From a virus (Duplodnaviria; Caudoviricetes), in IMG/VR virus record IMGVR_UViG_3300020045_006955, positions 1 to 26,551 of that record: a DNA stretch of 26,551 nucleotides, one strand, 5' to 3'. The notes below the pieces were generated by a model. That model did no database searches. It was not told the DNA's origin and saw nothing but the letters and a program-made list of their open reading frames with translations. A program made the position numbers and the translations under genes. Positions 1 through 8,283 of this stretch are shown here, piece by piece (position 1 is the first letter of the stretch; every line of letters begins with the position of its first letter).

Positions 1-311
1 AGCAAGGTGTAGATGCTTTGACTGCTCTTTGGAATAGTGTTCCGAAAGAATTAAAATCAGACCAAAATTTAAAAGACCATTTTGCTTTGTGTGGGGAGAG
101 TGCTAAATCCTACGATGCTCAAAATTCGGATTCAGAGGAGTTTGATAAACTTGAAAAAATTCAAGAGCTTTTTGACTTGAAAAAAGAACAACTTGGAGTT
201 GCTGATGTTACATTCATTGAGGGAGTTATCAAGGATAAAGACGAGGCTCAATACGACAAGGTAATCTACCAACTAAACAAGTTGAAATCAGATGAACAAC
301 AAAGCGAATAG
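1..311 (+). CDS. C-terminal part of a Sak4-like AAA ATPase paralog (5' end outside window)
   Basis: Frame open from the window edge; aligns without gaps to the C-terminus of 614..1660 at about 63/95 identical residues by manual count (shared PKELK, DHF, YDAQN, EEFDKLEKI, YDKVIYQL). Confidence 0.85.
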   Translation, partial: QGVDALTALWNSVPKELKSDQNLKDHFALCGESAKSYDAQNSDSEEFDKLEKIQELFDLKKEQLGVADVTFIEGVIKDKDEAQYDKVIYQLNKLKSDEQQSE

Positions 312-612
312 AGTAGCAAGGATTACTTCAAGTAAGGTTTCAGTTCTATTGGTAAAAGGAAATGGTAAGTATGGCTTCGGAACAGGAGCCATAACTTATC
401 TAAATCAAAAGATGATGGAGCTGGAATTAGGCAGAGGCATTTCATTACCAGTAAATAAATGGGAAATGAATTGGGGCAAGTTGTGGGAGGTTTGGGTTCA
501 TTGGCAGTTGGGTTCTGAATACGAATTGATAATTGACAGAACAACTATTAATCCTAAAATGGAATGGCATAGTGGTTCAGAGGATTTATTAACTCAATTA
601 AAAGACTTGTAA
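292..612 (+). pseudogene. Truncated YqaJ/lambda-exonuclease-like gene
   Basis: Collinear with N-terminus of 1660..2400 (R.TSS, FG..A.TY, LGR, WGK..E, I.PK...SGS.D) but ends 8 codons after SGSED, before the EIK catalytic motif. Confidence 0.7.
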
Positions 613-613
613 G

Positions 614-1660
614 ATGTCAGTAGTAAATATAAGACCTGTTGAAAGCGGTCAATCAAAAGCGGTTATTGGAATTGCAGGACAAAGTGGCGATGGTAAAACA
701 TTGACTGCTTTGTATATTGCAAGAGGAATGGTATCAAAGCCAAGTGAGATTGGGTTTTTAGATGCTGAAAATAAAAGAGGTTCACTCTATGCCGATGCGT
801 TAGAATCTCCATTTATGATTGGGGATTTATATCCTCCATTTAGTCCATCGAGATACGCAATGGCTATTCAACAATTTCAAGATGCAGGTACAAAGGTTTT
901 AATAATTGATAGTATATCCCACGCTATTGAGGGAAGTGGTGGCTTAGACGATATAGCTCACTCTCCAAAAAAAGATGGTACAGAAAGAAAAATGGCGGAT
1001 TGGATTGGAGCTAAAAGAGAATGGAAAAAATTTATGAACGTGGTACTTCAATCAAATATGGATATAATATTCTGTATTAGAGCGAGAGAAAAAACAGATT
1101 TTAAAAATCCAGATAAGCCAGTTTCTTTAGGTATTCAGCCAATATGTGAAAAGAACTTTATGTTTGAAATGACAGCTTCTATTATGATGGCTAATCAAGG
1201 TAAAACGCAAGAACACAGAAAAGTTCCAACATTTCTAAAAGAAGCATTCGGAAATGGTCAAGGTTACTTGGGAATTGAAACAGGTAAAAAGATTCGTGCT
1301 TGGTTGGATAAAGGAAAAAAAGAGAATCCAGAAATCACACGAATTAAATCAGAGGCATTATTGATTTGTGAGCAAGGCTATGAAGCTTTAAATAATTTTT
1401 GGAAAAAAATTCCAAAAGAACTTAAAACTGAACAATCTTTATTAGACCACTTTAAATTGTGCACTGAAAGTGCCAAAGCTTACGATGCTCAAAACACAGA
1501 TGCAGAAGAGTTTGATAAACTTGAAAAGATTGTTGAGTTATTTGATGCGAAATTAGAATCGCTTTCAGATGAAGATAAAACATTCATTCAAGGCGTAATT
1601 GATTCTAAAGATGAAGCGAACTACGACAAAGTAATCTACCAACTTCAAAACATGAAATAA
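614..1660 (+). CDS. Sak4-like (AAA_24-type) ATPase, putative single-strand annealing recombinase
   Basis: Walker A GQSGDGKT, Walker B VLIIDSISH, followed by an exonuclease gene as in phage recombination modules. Confidence 0.8.
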   Translation: MSVVNIRPVESGQSKAVIGIAGQSGDGKTLTALYIARGMVSKPSEIGFLDAENKRGSLYADALESPFMIGDLYPPFSPSRYAMAIQQFQDAGTKVLIIDSISHAIEGSGGLDDIAHSPKKDGTERKMADWIGAKREWKKFMNVVLQSNMDIIFCIRAREKTDFKNPDKPVSLGIQPICEKNFMFEMTASIMMANQGKTQEHRKVPTFLKEAFGNGQGYLGIETGKKIRAWLDKGKKENPEITRIKSEALLICEQGYEALNNFWKKIPKELKTEQSLLDHFKLCTESAKAYDAQNTDAEEFDKLEKIVELFDAKLESLSDEDKTFIQGVIDSKDEANYDKVIYQLQNMK

Positions 1661-2400
1661 TGGTAGAATCAGTTGAAAGGATAGGTAGGTTTACAAGTTC
1701 AAACATTTGGAAGTTGACTACTTCTGGAACTAAAGGAAATTTGTTTGGCGCACCTGCATTAACTTACATTGATGAAAAATCTGCTGAACGTTATTTAGGG
1801 CGTTCAGTAGATTTAGGTAAAGATTCACAAGCGACAATTTGGGGTAAGATAGCTGAACATTTTTGCAATGTATTTCATTTGGAAATGGGATATGATTTGA
1901 TTTCAAGTGGAACTATTATCCATCCAAAGTATGATTTTTGGTCAGGCAGTCCAGATGCTAAAAAAGTTGATACAACAGGAGAAATTAAATGCTTTGAACC
2001 AAAGAAGTATTTTGCTTTGTCAATGGCATTGCTAAAACTAAATGAAGGCACTCTTACTTTGGAGGAATTTAAAGAATTATTCAAAGATGTTTTTTGGCAA
2101 GTTGTTTCCAATAGTATTTTACTCAAAACAAAATATGCTGAAATAATTGCTTTTATGCCTAACGAAAGTCAATTGATTGAAATGCGTAAGCAGATAGAGG
2201 AATCAAATGTTTTAGAAAAATTAGGAATTGATCCTTGGAAAGCAAGATTTATTGTTGAGAGTGAAATACATCATTTGCCTTATGTAAAGAATCCCAATTA
2301 TCCAACTTGTGCAAGGTTTAAATTTGAACCGAGTATGGACGACAAAATATTCCTTACAAAACGAGTATTGGATGCTAACAAACTTTTAAATGAAATGTAA
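1660..2400 (+). CDS. YqaJ/lambda-exonuclease-like PD-(D/E)XK nuclease
   Basis: RIGRFTSS N-terminal motif, WG...E, SGSPD...EIKC, WQ; TAATG overlap with the ATPase gene. Confidence 0.85.
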   Translation: MVESVERIGRFTSSNIWKLTTSGTKGNLFGAPALTYIDEKSAERYLGRSVDLGKDSQATIWGKIAEHFCNVFHLEMGYDLISSGTIIHPKYDFWSGSPDAKKVDTTGEIKCFEPKKYFALSMALLKLNEGTLTLEEFKELFKDVFWQVVSNSILLKTKYAEIIAFMPNESQLIEMRKQIEESNVLEKLGIDPWKARFIVESEIHHLPYVKNPNYPTCARFKFEPSMDDKIFLTKRVLDANKLLNEM

Positions 2401-2402
2401 CT

Positions 2403-2624
2403 ATGAATCCAAAAGAAAAAGCAAAAGAGTTATTGAAAAAATTTCGTGATGAAAATTATTTTGACGAAGAAAGTATTTTGTCAAATGCTAAAACTAATGC
2501 TTTAATAGTGGTTGATGAAATAGATTTACTATTACAAAACTCAACTCCAAAAGACGACCTTTATGCAAATTTATCGTCATTAGAATATTGGCAGGAAGTT
2601 AAATCTGAATTAAAAAATATGTAA
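2403..2624 (+). CDS. Small hypothetical phage protein (MxPKEKAKEL...YWQEVK type)
   Basis: 73-aa ORF coupled through TGTAACTATG junctions. Confidence 0.75.
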   Translation: MNPKEKAKELLKKFRDENYFDEESILSNAKTNALIVVDEIDLLLQNSTPKDDLYANLSSLEYWQEVKSELKNM

Positions 2625-2626
2625 CT

Positions 2627-2794
2627 ATGACAGAGCGAAGAAAACAAATAGTTAGAGAATTAATTGAAAAGTATTTTGAAAAACACGAAGTTTCTTATGC
2701 TAATAAAGAGGCTAATTTTGTAGATGATACTTTTGATTCAGTTGAAGAAGCTATTCAGGAAATATGTGAAGAATATAAACAAAGATTATTGTAA
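2627..2794 (+). CDS. Hypothetical protein, 55 aa (MTERRKQIV...YKQRLL), not in ORF track
   Basis: Read manually; exactly fills the gap between two TGTAACTATG junctions. Confidence 0.75.
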   Translation: MTERRKQIVRELIEKYFEKHEVSYANKEANFVDDTFDSVEEAIQEICEEYKQRLL

Positions 2795-2796
2795 CT

Positions 2797-2931
2797 ATGA
2801 AAGAACTAAAATTAGAGTTTAAAAAACTATTGACACAATGGTTTTTAAGTTTAGCTTTTTGGATTTGTCCGAATGAAAGTTTTAAATTGGAGTTTTCAAA
2901 GTTTCTCATTGATAATATTAAAAATCTGTAA
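2797..2931 (+). CDS. Hypothetical protein, 44 aa (MKELKLEF...NIKNL), not in ORF track
   Basis: Read manually; exactly fills the gap between two TGTAACTATG junctions. Confidence 0.7.
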   Translation: MKELKLEFKKLLTQWFLSLAFWICPNESFKLEFSKFLIDNIKNL

Positions 2932-2933
2932 CT

Positions 2934-3299
2934 ATGGCAAAAGAAATCCAATCAAAAGAAGAAGCTATTGAAAGTGTAACTTTCGGAAACAAATGCGATT
3001 ATATAGCTATATTTAGCTTTGCTGAATTGTGGGTAAAAAGTCAATTCAAATGGTTTAGTGCCGATGATTTAAAAGAAGCGTATTTTGCACAAGGTGGAAA
3101 TGTTCCTGACGAACCAAGAGTATTTGGAGTAGTATTCCGAGATTTGTCTAAAGGTAAATTGATATTTCCTTTTGGATTCACAAAATCAAAACACAAAGTT
3201 GCTCATGGACGAGATTTGAAAACGTGGATTTCACGTGAATTTAAACAACGTCAAGCGAACAACGCAAGTAACAAGTCAAACTTAAAATTAGAATTATAA
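2934..3299 (+). CDS. Hypothetical protein, possible winged-helix DNA-binding fold
   Basis: 121 aa; FSADDL...P..PRVFG.VF...K.KLI...G...H...W pattern resembles small phage wHTH-like proteins. Confidence 0.55.
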   Translation: MAKEIQSKEEAIESVTFGNKCDYIAIFSFAELWVKSQFKWFSADDLKEAYFAQGGNVPDEPRVFGVVFRDLSKGKLIFPFGFTKSKHKVAHGRDLKTWISREFKQRQANNASNKSNLKLEL

Positions 3300-3331
3300 A
3301 CCCGATTGCAAGGATAAGTGCTACAAATATT

Positions 3332-3559
3332 ATGAATGAACAAGTAAATTACACTCCAACATTAGGAGAAAAAAGAGTTCAAAGAAATTTCAACCCTACA
3401 GCTAATCCAATAGTTGAAACATTAAAACAAAAGTATGCTGAATTAATTGATGATTTAGAATCAATGAAATCAGAGGGAAAAGATGGTAGATGTATATCAA
3501 TTGCGCAAACAGAACTCGAAACGTCTTGTATGTATGCTGTAAAAAGTATATTTGCATAA
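3332..3559 (+). CDS. Acb2/Tad1-hairpin-like protein, candidate immune-signal sponge
   Basis: 75 aa; C-terminal helix GRCISIAQTELETSCMYAVKSI matches the R..(S/A).A.T..E...M(W/Y) pattern of Acb2/Tad1 helical hairpins; own terminator follows. Confidence 0.6.
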   Translation: MNEQVNYTPTLGEKRVQRNFNPTANPIVETLKQKYAELIDDLESMKSEGKDGRCISIAQTELETSCMYAVKSIFA

Positions 3560-3606
3560 ACAATACAAACGATATGGATAGCCGAAGCCGAGTAGTAGGC
3601 AAAATT

Positions 3607-3652
3607 AAGAAGCCCACCTTGTGAATAACAAAGAGTGGGTTTCTTTCGTTTT
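3607..3652 (+). terminator. Intrinsic terminator
   Basis: AAGAAGCCCAC (3607-3617) pairs with GTGGGTTTCTT (3635-3645), T-rich tail. Confidence 0.75.
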
Positions 3653-3730
3653 AAAGCAACAATAAATTTCTGATAACAAAAACATCAAAAAAATAAAAAT
3701 AATTGCAGAAATGTAATTTATATAAATAAA

Positions 3731-3742
3731 TTTATATATTTG
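3731..3742 (+). promoter_or_regulatory. Bacteroidota -7 promoter element (TTTATATATTTG) for the head operon
   Basis: TAnnTTTG at 3735-3742 in intergenic DNA upstream of the protease gene. Confidence 0.75.
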
Positions 3743-3789
3743 TAACGAATTAAATAACTATTGTTGTGATAACAAAGGTTGAAAATATT

Positions 3790-3830
3790 AAAAAATGAGC
3801 TATCTGCGTAATGTGGATAGCTCATTTTTT
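3790..3830 (+). terminator. Terminator-like hairpin in the leader of the head operon
   Basis: 18-bp stem AAAAAATGAGCTATCTGC / GTGGATAGCTCATTTTTT including G-U pairs, loop GTAAT. Confidence 0.75.
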
Positions 3831-3847
3831 GTTTAAAACTTAAATAT

Positions 3848-5104
3848 ATGAATTTCGGATTAGCAAGAGAAATATACGGATTAAATGCTTGGTGTGTAGA
3901 TGCTGTTACATTTCCTGCTTTGACATCTATTTTAAAAAATATTCAGAATAATGTTTCTTTAGAAATTCCAGAAACGAAATATAACAGTATTTCTTTTTAT
4001 GATTTACAAAGTAAAGAAACAAGATTAATAACTGAATCTTGGCAATTAAGAACTGATGCCGACTTTGAAGGAGTAGGAGTTATCAACTTGAACGGAGCAA
4101 TCACAAAAAATGGAGGAGCTTCTAGTAATGGAACAAAAGAGTTGTCAAGTCAAATGTTGAGAATGGCTAATGACAGCAGGATAAAAGGTTTTGTTTTGAA
4201 AGTTGATTCAGGTGGTGGAGCTTCAAATGCCGTAAGTATTTTATCTGATACAATCAACGAAATAAAAGCTACAAAACCAGTTTATACTTTGGTTGAAAAA
4301 GGCGGAGTAATGGCAAGTGCAGCATACGGAATAGGTTCAGCAGGTCAGAAAATATTTGCAGAAGATACCATGAGTACAATCGGTTCAATAGGAACTATGA
4401 TTGCTTTTGAAGGAAAAAAAACAGGTTCAGTTGATAGCGATGGTTTTAAAAATATTGTCCTTTACGCAACTAAATCTACAAAGAAAAACGAAGCATTTAA
4501 TGAGGCTATTGATAATGATAATTACGAACTTTTAGTAAATGACTTACTTGACCCAGTAAATGAAAACTTTATCGCAAATGTTTTGGCAAACCGACCACAA
4601 CTTCAAGGAACTAAATTTGATAATGGTCACACAGTTTTCTCAAAAGATGCCATTGGTACATTTATAGATGGAATCGCAAGTTTTGACCAAGTAGTTGAAA
4701 TGGTTTTATCTGATGCAAAAAATATAAATACAAACACTAATATTAATCAAAATTCTAATTCAAAAATGACTAAAGAAGAATTAAAACAAAATCATCCTGA
4801 CGTTTATCAGTCAATTGTAAATGAAGGGATGGAGGCACAACAAGAAATTGTAAATTCTTGGATGCCATTTTTCGAGGCTGATTCAAAAGCTGTCCTTGAA
4901 GGGATTAAAAGCGGACAACCTCCTTTAGAATCTCAAAAAAACACATTTTTAGTTGCTATAGCTAACAAAGGAAAAGTAGATGCTTTAATTTCTGATAATG
5001 CTACTGCTATTGTAACTACTGAATCTACAACAGTTGTAGAGGAAAACGACAGTGAAGCTGAAAGTGCTTTTAATTTTTGGAACGAAAATGATAAAACTAT
5101 TTAA
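3848..5104 (+). CDS. S49-family prohead protease with C-terminal scaffold region (lambda C-like)
   Basis: VDSGGG, MASAAYGIGS, TIGSIG motifs; first gene of head operon. Confidence 0.92.
   Translation: MNFGLAREIYGLNAWCVDAVTFPALTSILKNIQNNVSLEIPETKYNSISFYDLQSKETRLITESWQLRTDADFEGVGVINLNGAITKNGGASSNGTKELSSQMLRMANDSRIKGFVLKVDSGGGASNAVSILSDTINEIKATKPVYTLVEKGGVMASAAYGIGSAGQKIFAEDTMSTIGSIGTMIAFEGKKTGSVDSDGFKNIVLYATKSTKKNEAFNEAIDNDNYELLVNDLLDPVNENFIANVLANRPQLQGTKFDNGHTVFSKDAIGTFIDGIASFDQVVEMVLSDAKNINTNTNINQNSNSKMTKEELKQNHPDVYQSIVNEGMEAQQEIVNSWMPFFEADSKAVLEGIKSGQPPLESQKNTFLVAIANKGKVDALISDNATAIVTTESTTVVEENDSEAESAFNFWNENDKTI
4766..5104 (+). CDS. Putative nested in-frame scaffolding protein (lambda Nu3-like)
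   Basis: In-frame ATG (MTKEELKQNHPDVY) after an A-rich, G-free stretch resembling the other start regions. Confidence 0.55.
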   Translation: MTKEELKQNHPDVYQSIVNEGMEAQQEIVNSWMPFFEADSKAVLEGIKSGQPPLESQKNTFLVAIANKGKVDALISDNATAIVTTESTTVVEENDSEAESAFNFWNENDKTI

Positions 5105-5106
5105 TT

Positions 5107-5877
5107 ATGGCAATTTACGCTACTCAAAGAAATGCTACGAGAAATCAATCTACGGTTGATTTTCAGTTAGAAAATGTCTTTACTTTTGGTAATAGATATG
5201 AAAAAGGAGTTTTTATCAATAATATCGGAGAAACGCTTCAAGCGAAAGATGGTATTTTGGTAGTAAGAAATTCAGGAACTTTTGAAACGGCTACTGCTGT
5301 TTTCGGAACTGCATTAACAACAGGTCAAACTATGATTATTGCAGGTTTAACTTATACTTCAACAGCAGCTACTACGGCAGTTGAATTAGCTGCGGCTTTT
5401 GCTAATTTAGCAGTTGGAGCAACTACAGGAGCAGGTACAGCAACAGGAACTTATTCTGGAGCTTTAACAGGTTACTCAACAGGTCCAGCATCTACTTCTA
5501 ATTTAGATACAGTTGTGTTTACAGCTTCAACAGTTGGAAACAAAACTGATTTATCTGCTACAGGTACAGGTGCTTCTCCAACTTTTACTATTGTTGGTGG
5601 GACTTCTGGAGTTGATGAAGGATTCAGTCCTGCTACATCTGCTAATTTAGCAAATGTAATTGGTATTTTGAAAATTGATGGTGTTAACGAAATGGCAAAT
5701 TCAGCTAGTTTAACTGCAAACTATGCTATGTCAGGTGATGTTGATGCTTCGTTGTTGATTTTACCGTTAGGTGTAACTTTAGATTCAATGGTTGGTTCTA
5801 AAGCCTTAAAAGATGTATTAACTGCTTTAGGTTTCGTTTTAAATAACGTTACTGAATGCACAAATTTTGAAAATTAA
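5107..5877 (+). CDS. Head decoration protein with inserted Thr/Ala/Gly-rich domain
   Basis: Position between protease and major capsid gene as for lambda D; 256 aa with a compositionally distinct middle. Confidence 0.7.
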   Translation: MAIYATQRNATRNQSTVDFQLENVFTFGNRYEKGVFINNIGETLQAKDGILVVRNSGTFETATAVFGTALTTGQTMIIAGLTYTSTAATTAVELAAAFANLAVGATTGAGTATGTYSGALTGYSTGPASTSNLDTVVFTASTVGNKTDLSATGTGASPTFTIVGGTSGVDEGFSPATSANLANVIGILKIDGVNEMANSASLTANYAMSGDVDASLLILPLGVTLDSMVGSKALKDVLTALGFVLNNVTECTNFEN

Positions 5878-5879
5878 TT

Positions 5880-6962
5880 ATGGCAATTTCAATTCAAAAC
5901 CACACAAACCTATTAACCACAAAAGTTGTAGGTAAATTTAAAGAAATGATTCCTGTAAGAGCAGGATTTAGTTCTGTATTTCCTAGAGAAACTACACCTT
6001 CATATTTTGTTGATGTAATGGTTCAAAGAGGAAATCAAAAAATTGCTGTTGATGTTGAGCTTTATACTGAAGGTGAAAAAACTAAAAGAAGCAAATCGAC
6101 AGAGAAAAAATTCAAACCACCTTTTTACAAGTTGGAGTATGATTTTAGACGTGATGATGCTTACATCGACACAATGGCTTTAGGAGCTTTTGGAAATGCA
6201 ACTGCTAACAAAGTTATCGCTCAAAACGCTGTAGAAGGTGTTATGGAAAACAGAGCGATGGTTGAAAGATCTATTAGACTTCAACAAGCGCAAGTTTTAC
6301 AAACAGGTATTATTACATTGAAAAATGGCGATAATATTGATTTCAAACGTAAAGCTGCTTCTATGCAAGTTTTATCAGGTGGTGCTTTGTGGAGTGCTAC
6401 AACAACAGCTACTCCAATAACTGACATCAAAAATGGTGTTAAATTTTTGAGAGAAGTAGGTCAATCGGGATCAAGCAAAATCAATGCCTTTATGTCAGAG
6501 AGTGCTTTTGACGCATTTTTGAAAACAGACGAGGTAAAATCTTATGCTGATTTCAGAAGAGTTGAAAGATTAGAAATTACTATGCCTGTTTGGAATGAAT
6601 CTGAAGGCATGACTTTTCAAGGAAGAGTTGGAGCAGGAGCTTTGGTAATTGATATTTACACTTACAACGAGCTTTACGAAGAGTTTGATTCTAGTACCAC
6701 TAAGTATTATTTAGATGCAAATAAAGTTGTATTGTTGCCAGACGATTTTAAAGGAAAAACTGTTTTTGCAGGATTGCCTTCTATGACAAGCGGTTCTGTT
6801 TCAGGAGTAGAAACTATGATGCCAACGGTTATTGAGGCTGATTATTTAATCAGACCTTACTACAACGAAAGAACTATGGATAGCGGAATTGAATTAACTT
6901 CTCGTCCTGTTGTTGTTCCTTTTACAATTGATAAAATCTATACCGTTCAGGTATTGTCTTAA
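5880..6962 (+). CDS. Major capsid protein (lambda gpE family)
   Basis: 360 aa; FKPPFYK, QVLQTGII, IDFKR, LWS...PI.DI, SRPVVVP features; synteny. Confidence 0.92.
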   Translation: MAISIQNHTNLLTTKVVGKFKEMIPVRAGFSSVFPRETTPSYFVDVMVQRGNQKIAVDVELYTEGEKTKRSKSTEKKFKPPFYKLEYDFRRDDAYIDTMALGAFGNATANKVIAQNAVEGVMENRAMVERSIRLQQAQVLQTGIITLKNGDNIDFKRKAASMQVLSGGALWSATTTATPITDIKNGVKFLREVGQSGSSKINAFMSESAFDAFLKTDEVKSYADFRRVERLEITMPVWNESEGMTFQGRVGAGALVIDIYTYNELYEEFDSSTTKYYLDANKVVLLPDDFKGKTVFAGLPSMTSGSVSGVETMMPTVIEADYLIRPYYNERTMDSGIELTSRPVVVPFTIDKIYTVQVLS

Positions 6963-6973
6963 TTGTTTGTATC

Positions 6974-7255
6974 ATGGCAAAGTATAGGGTAAAAACAATT
7001 GCAGTTGCTGTTAAAAATAACAGAGTTGCAAATCATGGAGAATTAGTTGATGATTCAGAATTAACAGCTAATCCTGCTGAAATGATTGAAGCAGGTTCAA
7101 TTGAGTTAGTTCAATCTGACGACGTTGAAGTAGTAAGCGAAGAAGTTTCTAATTTAGAAACTGAAACTGAAACTGAAACTGAAAAAGCTGAAGAAGCTCC
7201 AAAAGAGGTTTCTAAAAAAGACCAAGTAACGGCTAAATTAGCTGAAAAAAAATAG
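6974..7255 (+). CDS. Small acidic head-associated protein
   Basis: 93 aa directly after the capsid gene; Glu-rich C-terminus. Confidence 0.6.
   Translation: MAKYRVKTIAVAVKNNRVANHGELVDDSELTANPAEMIEAGSIELVQSDDVEVVSEEVSNLETETETETEKAEEAPKEVSKKDQVTAKLAEKK
7157..7184 (+). repeat. In-frame (GAAACT)4 microsatellite encoding ETETETETE
   Basis: Direct reading. Confidence 0.9.
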
Positions 7256-7259
7256 AAAG

Positions 7260-7655
7260 ATGCCTAACCGCTTATTTGACATTATCAAACGTGATGCAAA
7301 ATTCATAATCAACAAAGGAGGTTATGACATCGATATTAGTTTAACAACTAAAGATGGTAGCAAAACGGTAGATATAAGAGGGTGGGCGGTTAAGACTTCT
7401 GGAAGTTTTGATTCTGATGGAAATCAGGTAAATACCAAAAATGCACACATCACAATTGATGAACAAGTTTTGACAGGATTAGGTTATCCTGTTAGGTCCG
7501 ACAGAAAAGGAGGAATTGATGAGGTTGATTTAATCAAGCACAAAGTATCGTTCAAAGACAGTTCTGGAGTTGTTAAAAATTATCTTGTAAGAGAAAATAT
7601 ACCTGATGAAAATTTAGGATTAATCATGCTTTGGTTAGGCGATTATAAACTTTAA
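7260..7655 (+). CDS. Putative head-tail joining/head closure protein
   Basis: 131 aa, beta-rich pattern; synteny only. Confidence 0.55.
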   Translation: MPNRLFDIIKRDAKFIINKGGYDIDISLTTKDGSKTVDIRGWAVKTSGSFDSDGNQVNTKNAHITIDEQVLTGLGYPVRSDRKGGIDEVDLIKHKVSFKDSSGVVKNYLVRENIPDENLGLIMLWLGDYKL

Positions 7656-7660
7656 AAACT

Positions 7661-8278
7661 ATGGCTGTAATTACAGAAATAATACAAGCACAAGCTTTTG
7701 AAAAAGTTGCCAATAAAATTGCAGAAATTCTAACTACTGAAATAGCTTATCAACAAGATGAACAAGATTTTGAAGATACAGTTGAAGTATTTTTAGAGCG
7801 CATAGAGCCTTTTGATAAGAATGAAGATGTAATGGTATCGGTAGCTTTTAGAGAGGCTAAATACGAAGGTTACACAACAAGTACAACACAAGGTGAATAT
7901 GTTTATTTCGTGGATTTATTTTGTTCAGGTTATGGCGAAGGAGAAAGCGAACCGAGTATAGTAGCCAAAAACAAATTGATGCGTTATTTAGGAATTATTC
8001 GTTATGTTTTAAGTTCTCCAAAATATCTAACATTAGGATTTGAACCAGGATTAATCGGAGGCAAATACATCAAACTAATAACTCTTGATACTGATTATTC
8101 TAATTTTGGAAATCATAGTAATTTCGATGCTTCATACATTAGGTTTGCAAGATTAATTTTTCTTGTAAGAGTTCAAGAGAATAACGAAAGATGGAACGCA
8201 ATTCCATTACAAGGAAACAATACTAACATCACTTATGATGATACTGCATTAGGAACACAATTAATTTTAAATAATTAA
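7661..8278 (+). CDS. Putative tail terminator/neck protein
   Basis: 205 aa, acidic, immediately upstream of the sheath gene; synteny. Confidence 0.55.
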   Translation: MAVITEIIQAQAFEKVANKIAEILTTEIAYQQDEQDFEDTVEVFLERIEPFDKNEDVMVSVAFREAKYEGYTTSTTQGEYVYFVDLFCSGYGEGESEPSIVAKNKLMRYLGIIRYVLSSPKYLTLGFEPGLIGGKYIKLITLDTDYSNFGNHSNFDASYIRFARLIFLVRVQENNERWNAIPLQGNNTNITYDDTALGTQLILNN

Positions 8279-8283
8279 AAAAA

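Larger units (their letters stand above)
2396..2936 (+). repeat. Four identical TGTAACTATG stop-start junction 10-mers (2396-2405, 2620-2629, 2790-2799, 2927-2936)
   Basis: Direct reading; each contains the TAA of one gene and the ATG of the next. Confidence 0.95.

Noticed and set aside
2396-2936. Integron cassette array (TAAC resembles the attC inverse core)
   Set aside because: Only 2 nt lie between stop and start, leaving no room for attC hairpins; no integrase in the window
3755-3830. Third kissing-loop leader ahead of the head operon
   Set aside because: The loops (GTGAT and GTAAT) are similar rather than complementary
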